64,000 bases of DNA from a virus: positions 30,024 to 94,023 of IMG/VR virus record IMGVR_UViG_3300032163_000005. One strand, written 5' to 3'. Numbering within the stretch: the stretch's first letter is position 1; each line of letters opens with the position of its first letter. Positions 48,891 to 59,382 of this stretch are shown piece by piece. The notes beneath the pieces are model-generated. The model saw only the letters and a list, made by a program, of their open reading frames with translations. It was not told the origin of the DNA and searched no databases. The position numbers and the translations under genes are program-made.

Positions 48891-49640
48891 CTAGGGATCG
48901 ATCGTTTCGTCGAAGAGCTTCATCGTCCGTGGGTGGAGCTCACTCAAGATGCCGTGGAGTGCGTTCGCGTACTGCCTGATTTCCCATTGCGCGTGCTTGT
49001 CCATCCGAAGCTTGAGGAAGCCGAGCCACCCGCGAAGGTTTCCTGTCGCGCGCATCTTCGAGTAGCGACCAACGGGAAGAATGCATCGCGCGAGCTCCTT
49101 TGGGATGCCATTGTCGAGCGCATCTTTGTAGAGGTCTTCACATTCTTCGTACGTCGACTGCAACGCATCGCGGAAATCTTGCGCGCCTTCTTCCGTAATG
49201 ACATTCGATCCATAGACCGATGCTTGTTGTTTGTTGAGGCGAGCACCTTCAAGCATCAACCGCTCGATTGTCGGGATGTAGTTCAGATCGGGAAGTGGCG
49301 CGTAGCGAGCACTCGCCTCGTTGTACCCAAATGGGACTCTGTGACGATGCCACTCACGGAACACGAAGATGGGTGCTTGCACTTCGATGGTGACGCCCGC
49401 CATTTCGAAAGGCGTCTCATGTTTGTTCTTCCAAAGATACGCGAGGAGCTTCTCATCACCTGCAACCTGTTGCGTGACCATGCGCCCTTGTGGTCCTGCC
49501 ACATTCTCTGTTTTCGGACCCCAACCCTCAAACCCCTTCTGTGTGCTCATACGCGCCGCTTCAATGATGCTCTCGTCTGAACCCCATCGATCCACGAGCG
49601 AGATGTATCCATGATCGAGGATCTGAATCTTGTGCATCAT
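48891..49640 (-). CDS. thyX: FAD-dependent thymidylate synthase
   Basis: HETPFE, REWHRHR...NEASARY, ELAR..LP, LR...HAQWEIR. Confidence 0.95.
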   Translation of the reverse strand: MMHKIQILDHGYISLVDRWGSDESIIEAARMSTQKGFEGWGPKTENVAGPQGRMVTQQVAGDEKLLAYLWKNKHETPFEMAGVTIEVQAPIFVFREWHRHRVPFGYNEASARYAPLPDLNYIPTIERLMLEGARLNKQQASVYGSNVITEEGAQDFRDALQSTYEECEDLYKDALDNGIPKELARCILPVGRYSKMRATGNLRGWLGFLKLRMDKHAQWEIRQYANALHGILSELHPRTMKLFDETIDP

Positions 49641-50038
49641 TTGGCAGCCTCCTTCTCCATCCTTGCCGCCCTGAGCTCGTGCGCCTTCTTCATCGCATTC
49701 TCGAATCGTTCGTCAAACGCATCCTTGTTCTGGAACGATTCAATCTGCAGCAAAAAATGAAGACAACACAGCGCATGGGCAAGATGTGAGAGACCCGATT
49801 CTTCATCCACTGAATCAGCACCATCTAACGACGACTGTTGTTGTATCCGATAGGCCGAGAGATGCCTGAGGAGAGCTCCGTAGTAACGTTCTTGAGCATC
49901 GGAAACTGTGCGCCAGTTGCCTGCTTCGTACTTGATCGCGCCATACGTGAGGACTGCGACGAGCTCTCGTTGTGCATGCTCTCCGATCAAATCATAGCGG
50001 AGCTTATCTTGGTCGTGCTTCATTCCTTCGGTGCTCAT
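49637..50038 (-). CDS. dATP/dGTP diphosphohydrolase (DUF5664-like)
   Basis: K.D..K.RYDL, GA.KY...NW, A..RH, D.ESGL.HLAHA. Confidence 0.85.
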   Translation of the reverse strand: MSTEGMKHDQDKLRYDLIGEHAQRELVAVLTYGAIKYEAGNWRTVSDAQERYYGALLRHLSAYRIQQQSSLDGADSVDEESGLSHLAHALCCLHFLLQIESFQNKDAFDERFENAMKKAHELRAARMEKEAAK

Positions 50039-50833
50039 GAGTCGAGTCTCCCGCTCTTCATCGATGCATCCCAAAGAGCAGCGAGCTTTCGTTGGAGACC
50101 TTCGAGATTCGATGGCCACTCACTAACATCGTGCCCCGCTCTGAGCTCTACATCGTGCAAGTAGACAAACGCGTTTATGGACGTGGTGAACATCGAGATG
50201 GCCGCCGAGTGCATTGCGAGTCCGACGTCTGGTTGGTGGTTGCTGTTCGCAATCTCAGTGAGCTTCTCGAGCATGCCTTCCGCGTGATCCTTGAGCTCTT
50301 GGTACATTGCGATGGCTTCTTGATCCGTCATGGCGCTTTCCATCCTGGATTCTTCCAACCCGCACACGCTTGAATCTCGAGAATCTGATCAATCGAAAGC
50401 TGTCTCACATCAGTCGGCCAGCCTTTGAGCAATGCGTAGGCACGCGTGAAGTTGAATCGGTGTTGGATGATCTTCTGTTGCGCCTCCATCTCCTCCTGCG
50501 TGCCACTGAAGAAGATCCGTTCGCCTGTTGGCAATGTGTAGATCGGCATGTCCGAATCATTGCCGCTTCGGGATCGGTGAGAAGCCGTCACGATGCGTGT
50601 GCACTGTCGCGAATCTGAGGATCCATTGTCTGACCGCACCTGTTGGACAGCTCACTTGATGCGTGGCGTTACAGATTGTGCATCGCATCCTCACCATCTG
50701 CGGTTCAGCCTCACCAGTTTGTGGATCGACCTGCCGTTCATCGTACTGACCTTCAACATGCGGCGCCCAATTTGGCGAATATGAGCCCATTTTATGTCGT
50801 TTCCGTAATTCGAGATAGATGCATCATGCACGA

Positions 50834-51433
50834 TTAGCCCACGTGATGCTTGGCCCATTCGTGAGCTTGCCTTCTCAGATCGATGTTGAATCGATCATCA
50901 CGATAAGTGGGGTGCATGATGAACGTCTTCAACGTGAGAAGGTCATACTCGAGAAGCGCATCCCTGAGAACCTCGAGAAGACTGTGTCTGCACTCATGGC
51001 AAGCACACGTCTCTTTGGTCGGATCAAAGCCTTCCTCATGACGATCTGGAAACAAGCGTCGTGGAAGCGTCTTTTCCATTCTCATAAACTGCTGTGCGAG
51101 CTCATCGAGATGTTTGGGTACCGGCCACGCCGTGACAGTGATGTGGGTCGTGGATAACAGAAGCTCATTCGTGTACACCGCAGCCACGAGCTCCGCTTGA
51201 AGCTTCTCAAGAACGTTTGGTGAGATGATCTTGAGCGCGTGGAAATGAATGGTTGCTTGTGAACCAAACACACAAAGAAACCCGACACCCCTCGAATAGA
51301 CCCAGTACGCCTCTTGCCCGAACCACTTCTTAAGTGACGTAGTGAGAATGTGGATGGCGTGGTCGAGTGGTTGGATACGCGTCACTTCGAAAACTTTTGC
51401 CGCACTACACGTCCAAGCTTCGTGGGGATCCAA
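50834..51433 (-). CDS. hypothetical protein
   Basis: 199-aa ORF. Confidence 0.5.
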   Translation of the reverse strand: MDPHEAWTCSAAKVFEVTRIQPLDHAIHILTTSLKKWFGQEAYWVYSRGVGFLCVFGSQATIHFHALKIISPNVLEKLQAELVAAVYTNELLLSTTHITVTAWPVPKHLDELAQQFMRMEKTLPRRLFPDRHEEGFDPTKETCACHECRHSLLEVLRDALLEYDLLTLKTFIMHPTYRDDRFNIDLRRQAHEWAKHHVG

Positions 51434-51925
51434 TCACCTTGCGCCTATCTTGGCAGGATGGGGCTTACGTACGGCACAATCTCTTTGATCGCCTTCGAGA
51501 GCTGTTCAAGGTGATCCTCGACACTCTCGAGCACGTTGCGCTCACCACTGAATGGCGAGTCGTGCGGTCCTTCGGCTGCTTTGAAGAGCATGCGCGTGAA
51601 CCTGACGTGCCTTTGCGCCTTCTTCAGAGCTCGAACAAGATCTTTCTTGTCCTGCCTCGTGAGATAGCCGTCCTTCTTGCTCATGTGTTCTCTGGTTTCC
51701 CGATGACGCCCACTTGAAGATCAAGCTCCACACCCATCACCTCAACCCAAGCCGTCACGTATTGAGAACGACCGTTGACCTCGGCTTGGATCTTCACACT
51801 CCTCACATCGAATCCGCATGGTTCGACTGTGCCGTCCTCATAAACGAATTCGAGCGTGACATCTTGACCCTTGGGACGAAGAGGCCAGGGAACATCTGCG
51901 GTCCTGATTCGTAGACGGCGCTGCT

Positions 51926-52438
51926 TCAAAATCCGGTTTCCTTTCGACACTCCTCGCAAACCGCGATCTTGACTGGGCCTTGGGTGAATCCGTTGTTGGT
52001 TGCCACGTAGTACGACGCACCGCAACCTGAGCACACGGTGGGTGGGAGATTGGCCTTCTCAAGTGTCTGCTGCGCCTTCTTGATGTCTTTGAGCAAGAGG
52101 GGCTTGTGGCGAGCTCTCTCAAGCCACGCATGCCACCTGAGCCGCCACGTAATGACCCCACGATGGGCTTTTCGAATGAGGGACCACCCTGGACGTCGTT
52201 CCAGGGTCTCAAAGGCCAGAGCAAGCCAATAGAGCTTCTGATGAGGCTGTGAGAGCCTCTTCCAGATCGACTCTTTGAGCGTGAAGTCCACCGCACCCGA
52301 TTTGTGGAGCTGCCTTCGGTGCTTGTTGATGAGCCACGCTGCCGTCTTAGGCCCGAACGCCTCGCGCCAAAGCGTCTGAGCATCGAGCTCGATAGGCTCG
52401 GCTTCTTCGGCTGCGCGCTGAACGAGGTGCTTTCTCAC
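51926..52438 (-). CDS. hypothetical protein with C-terminal Zn ribbon
   Basis: CSGC...CEEC. Confidence 0.55.
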   Translation of the reverse strand: MRKHLVQRAAEEAEPIELDAQTLWREAFGPKTAAWLINKHRRQLHKSGAVDFTLKESIWKRLSQPHQKLYWLALAFETLERRPGWSLIRKAHRGVITWRLRWHAWLERARHKPLLLKDIKKAQQTLEKANLPPTVCSGCGASYYVATNNGFTQGPVKIAVCEECRKETGF

Positions 52439-52628
52439 GCAATCACATCTTCCGCTACATACTTGATGATGAGGACGGTCGTGTTGAAGGTTACTTCCAT
52501 AAGCGTTCTTGCCATTTTAGCCGTCTTGATATCCGAATAAATTGCGGCGGCGGATCCATCACAACGCCGCAACAAATAAACTGTCGGAGGAGCTGGCTTG
52601 AGTCCGAGTTTCTTCTTGGTGGCCATGA

Positions 52629-53627
52629 TCACCCCGACACGAAGCGCGAGCTAACAGGATGCGATTGGCTTGCTTCGAATGCCTCGATGGCATCCTGGAT
52701 GTATCGATAGGGTCCGCCGCCCACGTCACGAACAGTACATCCCGCCGCGTTCGTGTGACCTCCACCGCCGTACTCTTTGCAAAAGGCTTTGCAGTCGAAG
52801 GCGCCTCTCGAGCGAAGGGAGAGTTGGAGATCTTGGTGCCCATCCCACTGATGATCGAACGTCACCACGAGGTCCGCTTGATCGCCAAGTACATCAGCGG
52901 CGTCCGTAGCAAACTCGTTGTGGAAGCCACCCGGCATCGTCCACACCTTGGTCTTCTGAGCTGACTCGAAGAAGCGCGCTTGCTTGACCACGTGATTCAC
53001 ACGATCGAGATGACGTTCTCGAATGCCCATCCCAAGCTTGATCGCATTCCGCCATTCCTTGGCATCATTGAACCGGGGCTCTTTCAACTCCCAGTGGTTC
53101 CACGGCATGAACTGAAGCGCTGCACTGAGATTGCAGGCAGCGGTCCATGTTGGGTGATGGCGTTGCCACGTGTCGCGAATGCCGACGAGCAATGCAAACC
53201 ACTTGGCGTTCTCTTCCGCCTTGAATTCCTCCGAACAAGGTTCGCCCGAAGAATTGGCGTAGAGCGGTTTCCACACGTGCTCGAAGGCGAGCACAGCACC
53301 GCTGACACCAGGATCATCGAATTCGTCCGCGAAGACTCCTCGCTCTCCGAACCGACCGATGAGATCTTTGACGCCCTTGTGATGGTCAAGAACGATGGCG
53401 CCAGCATCGATGAATTCTTGTGCGCGATCCTCAGGAGGAACGATGTCGCAGAAGAGCATGTTGGGTCCAGCGGGCAGAGCTTTGAGCTCCCTTGACTGGT
53501 AGCCCATGAATGCAAGTGCAGCATCAGGGAGGATGTCTTTGAGAAGGATCGCGCTCGCGACGCCATCGGGGCAGTGTGCGTGCGTGATGATGTGCTTGAC
53601 GTTGTTGATCGCTTCGATGGGAATCAT
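52629..53627 (-). CDS. DHH/DHHA1 phosphoesterase
   Basis: H..CPDG..SA, LDHH, SLRS, GGGHTNAAG. Confidence 0.92.
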   Translation of the reverse strand: MIPIEAINNVKHIITHAHCPDGVASAILLKDILPDAALAFMGYQSRELKALPAGPNMLFCDIVPPEDRAQEFIDAGAIVLDHHKGVKDLIGRFGERGVFADEFDDPGVSGAVLAFEHVWKPLYANSSGEPCSEEFKAEENAKWFALLVGIRDTWQRHHPTWTAACNLSAALQFMPWNHWELKEPRFNDAKEWRNAIKLGMGIRERHLDRVNHVVKQARFFESAQKTKVWTMPGGFHNEFATDAADVLGDQADLVVTFDHQWDGHQDLQLSLRSRGAFDCKAFCKEYGGGGHTNAAGCTVRDVGGGPYRYIQDAIEAFEASQSHPVSSRFVSG

Positions 53628-54133
53628 TGTGGAACCAACTCGCGCAAGGGTTTGATCGCATCTTCGACTGCTGTTGTACCAACATCAAACAGTGATTGAT
53701 ATCCATCCCATTGGTGCACAACATCTCTCGCACGTTCGCGAAGCATCACAAGATCAGCAAGAGCTTGATCACGGTCCTGCCGAACAGACGCGAGTGTTAA
53801 TTGCGTGCGTGCATGCTCTTCGGTTTCACGTGCGAATCGATTCATCCAAAGACGAGCACCAACAAGCTCGCGCTTGAGAGCTCGCGCTTCATCGATGAGC
53901 TCAGTGCAGCGTGCTTGTGTCTCTTTGAGCGATTGATGAAGAATGCTAGCCACACGAATGCGCGCACGTTGGCCAAGAACAACCTTGGCAAGCGCGACGG
54001 CCGCTGGATAGTAGCCACGCGCCTTGTCAGCGAGCACTTCTTTGGCGAGCACTGTTGCTTCGTCATCACTGAGGTGCACGATCGTCGTAACCGCGCCGTC
54101 CTCTGTACTGATCACTGATTGCTCTTCGGTCAT
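53624..54133 (-). CDS. coiled-coil hypothetical protein
   Basis: 169 aa, ATGA-coupled. Confidence 0.55.
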   Translation of the reverse strand: MTEEQSVISTEDGAVTTIVHLSDDEATVLAKEVLADKARGYYPAAVALAKVVLGQRARIRVASILHQSLKETQARCTELIDEARALKRELVGARLWMNRFARETEEHARTQLTLASVRQDRDQALADLVMLRERARDVVHQWDGYQSLFDVGTTAVEDAIKPLRELVPQ

Positions 54134-54397
54134 GGTTGCGCATCCCGCCCCGGTTCTTGCCGCTCATCCAGACGCTTTTGCAATTCTTGGAGTTGTTGAA
54201 CGAGGGATTTGTTTTGCTGGATGAGCAAATCGATATGGCGTCGTTGCTGCGCGAGAAGGTTCCCGTACATCGTGGTCATTTGGAAGACCGCGTTGTGAAC
54301 GATCGCAGCATCGAAGTCACTCACCACGGCTGCGCTGGCCTCAGGGAAATCCCCGCTTTTTGTAGCTCTATCCCTAACAAATTCATGAGTTTCTGAG

Positions 54398-54421
54398 TTT
54401 AGACAGATCGATCTGTCTAAA
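54398..54421. repeat. 24-bp palindrome, copy 5
   Basis: Exact; overlaps the stop codon of 54417..54830. Confidence 0.95.
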
Positions 54422-55244
54422 CTTTCCTGCGTGCAATTCGGTGGAATTCTGAGGTGAGAAAGACGTCAATGCGCGCCTCTTGCAAAGGAATCGTTGCCGC
54501 CTGACTCACAAGAATCGCACGCACTCGTTCAATCACTCGTCTGGCCGCCAACACGAACCCGAGCTCATCGCCCGTGAGGATCGCGAATTCTTCCCCCGTA
54601 TCGATGAAGGCATCTCCACTCGCGAGCTCAACGACGATCTTGTCTTCGATGCGTTGTCCTTGTGGATTGACATAGTCGCCCGACCAAATCTCTTTGACTT
54701 GGTCGATGGTGCTTGTTGGCCGATGGAGAACCCAATCATCCGTCTTCATCAAGTCCCCCGGCCAGCACCATGCTTGGCATCCCCGCTGGTCCGTTTTGAC
54801 TGCTTTCATGGAGCATCGTGTAGACAGCACGCATCATCGCGAGCACGTAGATACGTGCATGGTGATCACGCTCGCGACGACGCTCTTTCGCACGGTCATC
54901 CATGTATCTGCTCGTCTGCTTCTTGATGGTTCGAAGTTTCATTCTTCGCATGGGAACATCCCGAGATCTTTGCCAGCACATCATCATCACTCTTTCAAAG
55001 GAGCCACATCCTCAGGTTTAAGAAGAGCGATGCATATGCCGCCGCTCCAAACTTGCCACCATCCTTCGATGGTGTGTGGTCTGAGTCTTGGCGAACCATC
55101 ATGTGGTTCCAAAAGACGTTCAGGAATCCGAAGAGCACATTCTTGAAAATAGGCGAGCTCTTCACCAAAGCGCTTGTATGCCTTCATGATGCGTTCGAAA
55201 TCGAGCTCTGCACGTCGCAATGCTGAATTACCCACGCACCATCA

Positions 55245-55661
55245 TTACCGCTCTTTCGCGCTGGCCTCGACCATCATACGAACCTGTCGATCGTGGAGCT
55301 CATCGATGGTCAGCGTCTCAGGAACCACGCGTCTGAGTGCCTCGGGAAAAGCAACAGGATCGGACTCTCGCCATTTGCGATCGAGCATGTCAGCTATGAC
55401 ATCAGGCGGGAGGTCATCACGAAATGGTTCGGGGTCACGTTCGACGTTCTCGTACCCGCGCACCCATCCTTCACGCCATGATTGCTTTGCGAGGTCTGTT
55501 GTGAAATCAGCCCATTCAGCAATCGTGGCGTTTGGATGAAGAGCCGCGAATGCCAACGCTTCATGCCTGAGTCTCTCAGGTGGGTGCGGGCCTTCGTAGT
55601 ATTGATCGAGTCGTTTCTCAACGAATTTCCGAGCCCACTTCTTGACGCGGTCTGAGATCAC
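55245..55661 (-). CDS. hypothetical protein
   Basis: 138 aa, coupled to the upstream gene. Confidence 0.55.
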   Translation of the reverse strand: MISDRVKKWARKFVEKRLDQYYEGPHPPERLRHEALAFAALHPNATIAEWADFTTDLAKQSWREGWVRGYENVERDPEPFRDDLPPDVIADMLDRKWRESDPVAFPEALRRVVPETLTIDELHDRQVRMMVEASAKER

Positions 55662-56176
55662 TTGACGAAGAAAACACGCCGATTTGATGCCGACCCAATC
55701 GTGCCGATAAATTCGTACCCATCGTCATCGACATGCACGCTGTTGTGCGATCCCAACCGAGTGGGATCTGTCGGCATAGTCATGACAGCTCCACGTTTGA
55801 GATGATCACGAAGATCATCAGGAATGGTCACACACAACCGTTGGAACACCGGATCTTGAAAGAGATCACTGTGTTGCTTCGGCGTGATGTCGACACGCTT
55901 CCATCCGTGGAAGTCTCGCGATGGCCCGTTGATCAGATCTTGAAGCGTACACCCGTGATTCTCGATGGCCGGTCGGAGGAATTTTTCGCGAGTGGCCTCA
56001 TCGTATCGATCGAAATCCTTTCGATTCATTGCGAGAAGACCTTGTCCTTGCGACGTGACGGCAAACAATCGCCATCCGTTTGAAACCGACGTCTCATAAG
56101 CAATGTCAGACCCACGAACCAGTTTGTACACATCCCTACCTGCGAGCTCTTGATCAATCTCTAAAAACATCGTCAT
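55658..56176 (-). CDS. hypothetical protein
   Basis: 172 aa with GAGG RBS. Confidence 0.55.
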   Translation of the reverse strand: MTMFLEIDQELAGRDVYKLVRGSDIAYETSVSNGWRLFAVTSQGQGLLAMNRKDFDRYDEATREKFLRPAIENHGCTLQDLINGPSRDFHGWKRVDITPKQHSDLFQDPVFQRLCVTIPDDLRDHLKRGAVMTMPTDPTRLGSHNSVHVDDDGYEFIGTIGSASNRRVFFVK

Positions 56177-56210
56177 GGAATCACCTCACCTCTTCTATTC
56201 TTTGCCGCCA

Positions 56211-56879
56211 TCACCGCACCTTGCAGCCAAGAAGCGTCGCAATGAGGTCACCCGTCTTCTGACCTGATGTCTCGGCTTTGTCAGCAAGCGTCTTTTTCAC
56301 TGCGTCCCTGAGCCTCACATCGTTGAAGCTAAGACTCAGGGTAACCGAGCTCCCGAACGTCGTTGTGGTGTCTGTGGGGAGCGGGGGAATGGCATCCACG
56401 AGCCTCAGTAGGTTGTCTGTCTCGGATTGCTCGAACCCCATGAACGATGTCTCTTCCAACGTGAGGGGTTTCTCAGTGTGAAGACTCGCGAGAAGCTGCC
56501 CGAGTAGGCGCGCGTCAAATTCACCGCCCACGTTGTTAAGCATCACATTGAGCTTCTTGGCTTCGCGATCCTCAATGTCGAGAACGATGCATGGAATCGC
56601 AGGAACCTGGATCCCCATCTCAACGCAGAGCTCTGTGATGGCCTTCACACGTTGGTGACCGCCGATGATGCCCATTCCCTTCTTCTGCACGCAGATGGGA
56701 TCAAGGAATCCGAATGTCTTGATCGACATCTTGAGCGCGTCGAAATCCTTCTTCGAGATGGTCCTTGGGTTGTAAGCCTGAGGATTGATCTTCCGAGGAA
56801 GGACGAGAACCGGCGTGTGAATCACGATGGCCTCGTTGGTAGGAAGTGCTTCGAGCTTCACGACAGAACGACGGGGCAT
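56211..56879 (-). CDS. ParB N-terminal domain protein (terminase-linked)
   Basis: YNPR, SI..FGF.DPI, IIGGHQR, LN..LN...GEFD. Confidence 0.88.
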   Translation of the reverse strand: MPRRSVVKLEALPTNEAIVIHTPVLVLPRKINPQAYNPRTISKKDFDALKMSIKTFGFLDPICVQKKGMGIIGGHQRVKAITELCVEMGIQVPAIPCIVLDIEDREAKKLNVMLNNVGGEFDARLLGQLLASLHTEKPLTLEETSFMGFEQSETDNLLRLVDAIPPLPTDTTTTFGSSVTLSLSFNDVRLRDAVKKTLADKAETSGQKTGDLIATLLGCKVR

Positions 56880-56898
56880 GCTTCGGTTCTACCGCGCA

Positions 56899-58599
56899 TC
56901 AACGCATGAGGACAGAGCTCAATCCCTGAGCATCCTTCTGTTCTGACGTGAGCAGACCCCATTTGCGCGCCATCTCACGAGCAAAAAACGAAGACATGAT
57001 GACGTCTGGGATGTGGTCATTGTCTGGCTTGTACTGCAGACAGTGATTGATGAATGCTTCCACCTCAGGATGCACACGCCCAAATTCATCGTTGGGGATG
57101 AGCCACGCGCCATTTGAGAATTCCGTGAAGATGGTCTCAACACCGTAAAGCGGATCGGCTTTGCGCTTCGCCGTCGTCACATACGGACGAACAGGAATCG
57201 AGAGGTCACGCTTGCGGATGAATTGTTGGATGAACCCTTGAGCCGCAATGTCCTCTACGACGATGACGCCACCAAAGAGCTTGTGCTTGAGAATGCACTT
57301 TTCAACGATCACAGGACCTGAGAAGTGTCCTGTCTCGATGTCAAGAATACGCCTTCGTCCATCTGGCAGAACCGCGAATGTGAAGAGAGCGGTCTTGTCG
57401 TGGTGCTTCTCTGTCTTCACTGCGAGGTCCACGCCCGTGAAGACTGCAAGCCCCGCTTGCTTTGCATCGTACGCGTTGAGTCCACGTCCAGGTTCAGGCC
57501 ACTCGGTTACAAACCCGTAGACATGGGCTTTACGAGCGGCTTCTTTGCATCGTTCAATCCACTCCACTTTGCATCGCGCTTCTTCGTCTGAGATCGCCGT
57601 GCACATGTACGCGCGGTTCCACTCACGTAGCGGCGTGACGCGTTTGAGCTTCTGAATGTACTCGGGTGAGAAGACCTCAGGCCAGAGTGGAGCTCCTCTC
57701 GCGTGCTCCCGAAGCCTGAGAGTCATATCCTGAGGATTGTCTGTTCGTGGTGCGACGCTTGGATGATCCCAATACTCGAATGGGCGACCAAGCTGTTTGG
57801 AAATAAGCGCATCTTCCGCGTCATCTTGAATGCGAATCGTCCCATCGATGCTCATGCGCATCGTTGCCCAACCGCGCCGCTCAAATTCATGAACCGCATC
57901 TCGTGGGTTCCAAGGTGTATTGAGCGCGAGGACTCTTGTTTCAGCGGATGGCTCAAGTCGCGTTAGGACCGATGAATCGAGCCATGCAATCGTCTTTGAG
58001 CACCCCTCAGACGTGAGCGTGTTCTCTTGGCTGAGAACATCATCGATGACGATCCAATCAAGACGTGATCCTGCAATCGCACCATCAAGCCCAAGAGCTT
58101 TGAGTGAAGCATCGCGAATGCCCGCTGGCCGATCAACAGTGATAGCCGTTTGCGTCCATGGCTCTCTCGTGCGCTGCGACGGCGCTAGATGCGGAAAGAC
58201 CAAGCGGAGCTCAGCCGATTGGATGATGTAGTCGCTCACCATGCCAAGCACCTTGGAAGCCTGCTCTTGTGTGGCCGAGACGATCGCACCGCGAAGAGAT
58301 GGGTTTCTTCCGAGGAGCCAAAGCGTGACCGCCGCAGACATGAACGTCTTCGCATGACGCACTGGCACGATAAGAACCGCGCGCTTGTGGTGGAGCAAAA
58401 ATGAGAGCGCGACCTTTTGGTGCTCTGCGAGTTGGAGAGGCGTGCGCTTTGTCTCGTGCTTCATCACGAGCTCGAAGAACGCGCCGCAATCCTCTCGAGC
58501 GAGACGAGCCCAGAGATCCAACACTGCACGTGCCTTGTGCACGCGCGCAGAATCGATGGTTTGTGGACCGGATTGCGTCATCTTTTCGCGAGGTTCCAA
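56899..58599 (-). CDS. terL: terminase large subunit
   Basis: Walker A variant PVRHAKT, Walker B WIVIDD, NTPW coupling motif, nuclease GVDLA...D.TA; true start may be ATG 58581. Confidence 0.92.
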   Translation of the reverse strand: MEPREKMTQSGPQTIDSARVHKARAVLDLWARLAREDCGAFFELVMKHETKRTPLQLAEHQKVALSFLLHHKRAVLIVPVRHAKTFMSAAVTLWLLGRNPSLRGAIVSATQEQASKVLGMVSDYIIQSAELRLVFPHLAPSQRTREPWTQTAITVDRPAGIRDASLKALGLDGAIAGSRLDWIVIDDVLSQENTLTSEGCSKTIAWLDSSVLTRLEPSAETRVLALNTPWNPRDAVHEFERRGWATMRMSIDGTIRIQDDAEDALISKQLGRPFEYWDHPSVAPRTDNPQDMTLRLREHARGAPLWPEVFSPEYIQKLKRVTPLREWNRAYMCTAISDEEARCKVEWIERCKEAARKAHVYGFVTEWPEPGRGLNAYDAKQAGLAVFTGVDLAVKTEKHHDKTALFTFAVLPDGRRRILDIETGHFSGPVIVEKCILKHKLFGGVIVVEDIAAQGFIQQFIRKRDLSIPVRPYVTTAKRKADPLYGVETIFTEFSNGAWLIPNDEFGRVHPEVEAFINHCLQYKPDNDHIPDVIMSSFFAREMARKWGLLTSEQKDAQGLSSVLMR

Positions 58600-58600
58600 G

Positions 58601-58624
58601 TTTAGACAGATCGATCTGTCTAAA
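58601..58624. repeat. 24-bp palindrome, copy 6
   Basis: Exact; fills the terS-terL gap. Confidence 0.95.
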
Positions 58625-58626
58625 AT

Positions 58627-59313
58627 CTATCCCCGGTGGGCAGCGCCATTTGTTCCGCCGTTTGACATCGTCGAAGGATTGGGAGGTTTGGGCAGGAGAG
58701 TCGTGAGCGGTTCTCCGAGCTCCTTCGCCTTGCCCTCTGCAAGCTCCATGATGCGATCGAATGATTGCTCGTAATGCGCCATCTGCTCAGGCGTGAGGGA
58801 TGCGATCACCTCCGCAATGGCATGACGATGAACAGCGTCCACCTCGATGCGCACAGGTTCGTAGTTGCCCTGGATACGCGCGATCATGTCTTCGTAGCGT
58901 GACCGAGCCATGTGGTCGGGTTTCTCGAGCCACTTGCCATTTGGCCCACGCACGCCTTTGCATTCTCGAAGGGCTTTGGTGATCCTTCGAGCTTGCTGCG
59001 TCTTGGTGTATGGCCGCTCGGTTTCAGCGTCCTCGAGAAGCTTTTGCTGTGCTCGTTCACGTAGCAACGTGACACGATTACGACCGATGACGTGATCGAT
59101 TTTGCCCGCGTTGTAAGCCTCTTCAAAGACCTTCACAATCTCGCGGTCGGTTGCGCCTTCAACCCATGCATCCGTCACAAGCTGCATCTGTCTCACAACT
59201 TGGTGAGCCGTAAACCGCTTCGCAGATTTCTTTTCAGCGACGGCTTTCTGCGCCATCGCACGCGTTGTTTCAACCCGTCGATCGACAGTACCCGGCATCT
59301 TTCGCTTCGACAT
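58627..59313 (-). CDS. terminase small subunit (putative)
   Basis: 228-aa helical protein directly upstream of terL. Confidence 0.6.
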   Translation of the reverse strand: MSKRKMPGTVDRRVETTRAMAQKAVAEKKSAKRFTAHQVVRQMQLVTDAWVEGATDREIVKVFEEAYNAGKIDHVIGRNRVTLLRERAQQKLLEDAETERPYTKTQQARRITKALRECKGVRGPNGKWLEKPDHMARSRYEDMIARIQGNYEPVRIEVDAVHRHAIAEVIASLTPEQMAHYEQSFDRIMELAEGKAKELGEPLTTLLPKPPNPSTMSNGGTNGAAHRG

Positions 59314-59382
59314 GCACTCGAGAACTTACCTCAAACGGCGGTCTTCCGTAAACGACTAGGCCTCCCCCGGTAATCCAGAGCC

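Noticed and set aside
1843-58774. Many long overlapping or antisense ORFs (e.g. 3334..4011, 16573..17325, 23143..23991, 42537..43373)
   Set aside because: Shadow ORFs of well-supported minus-strand genes in GC-rich DNA
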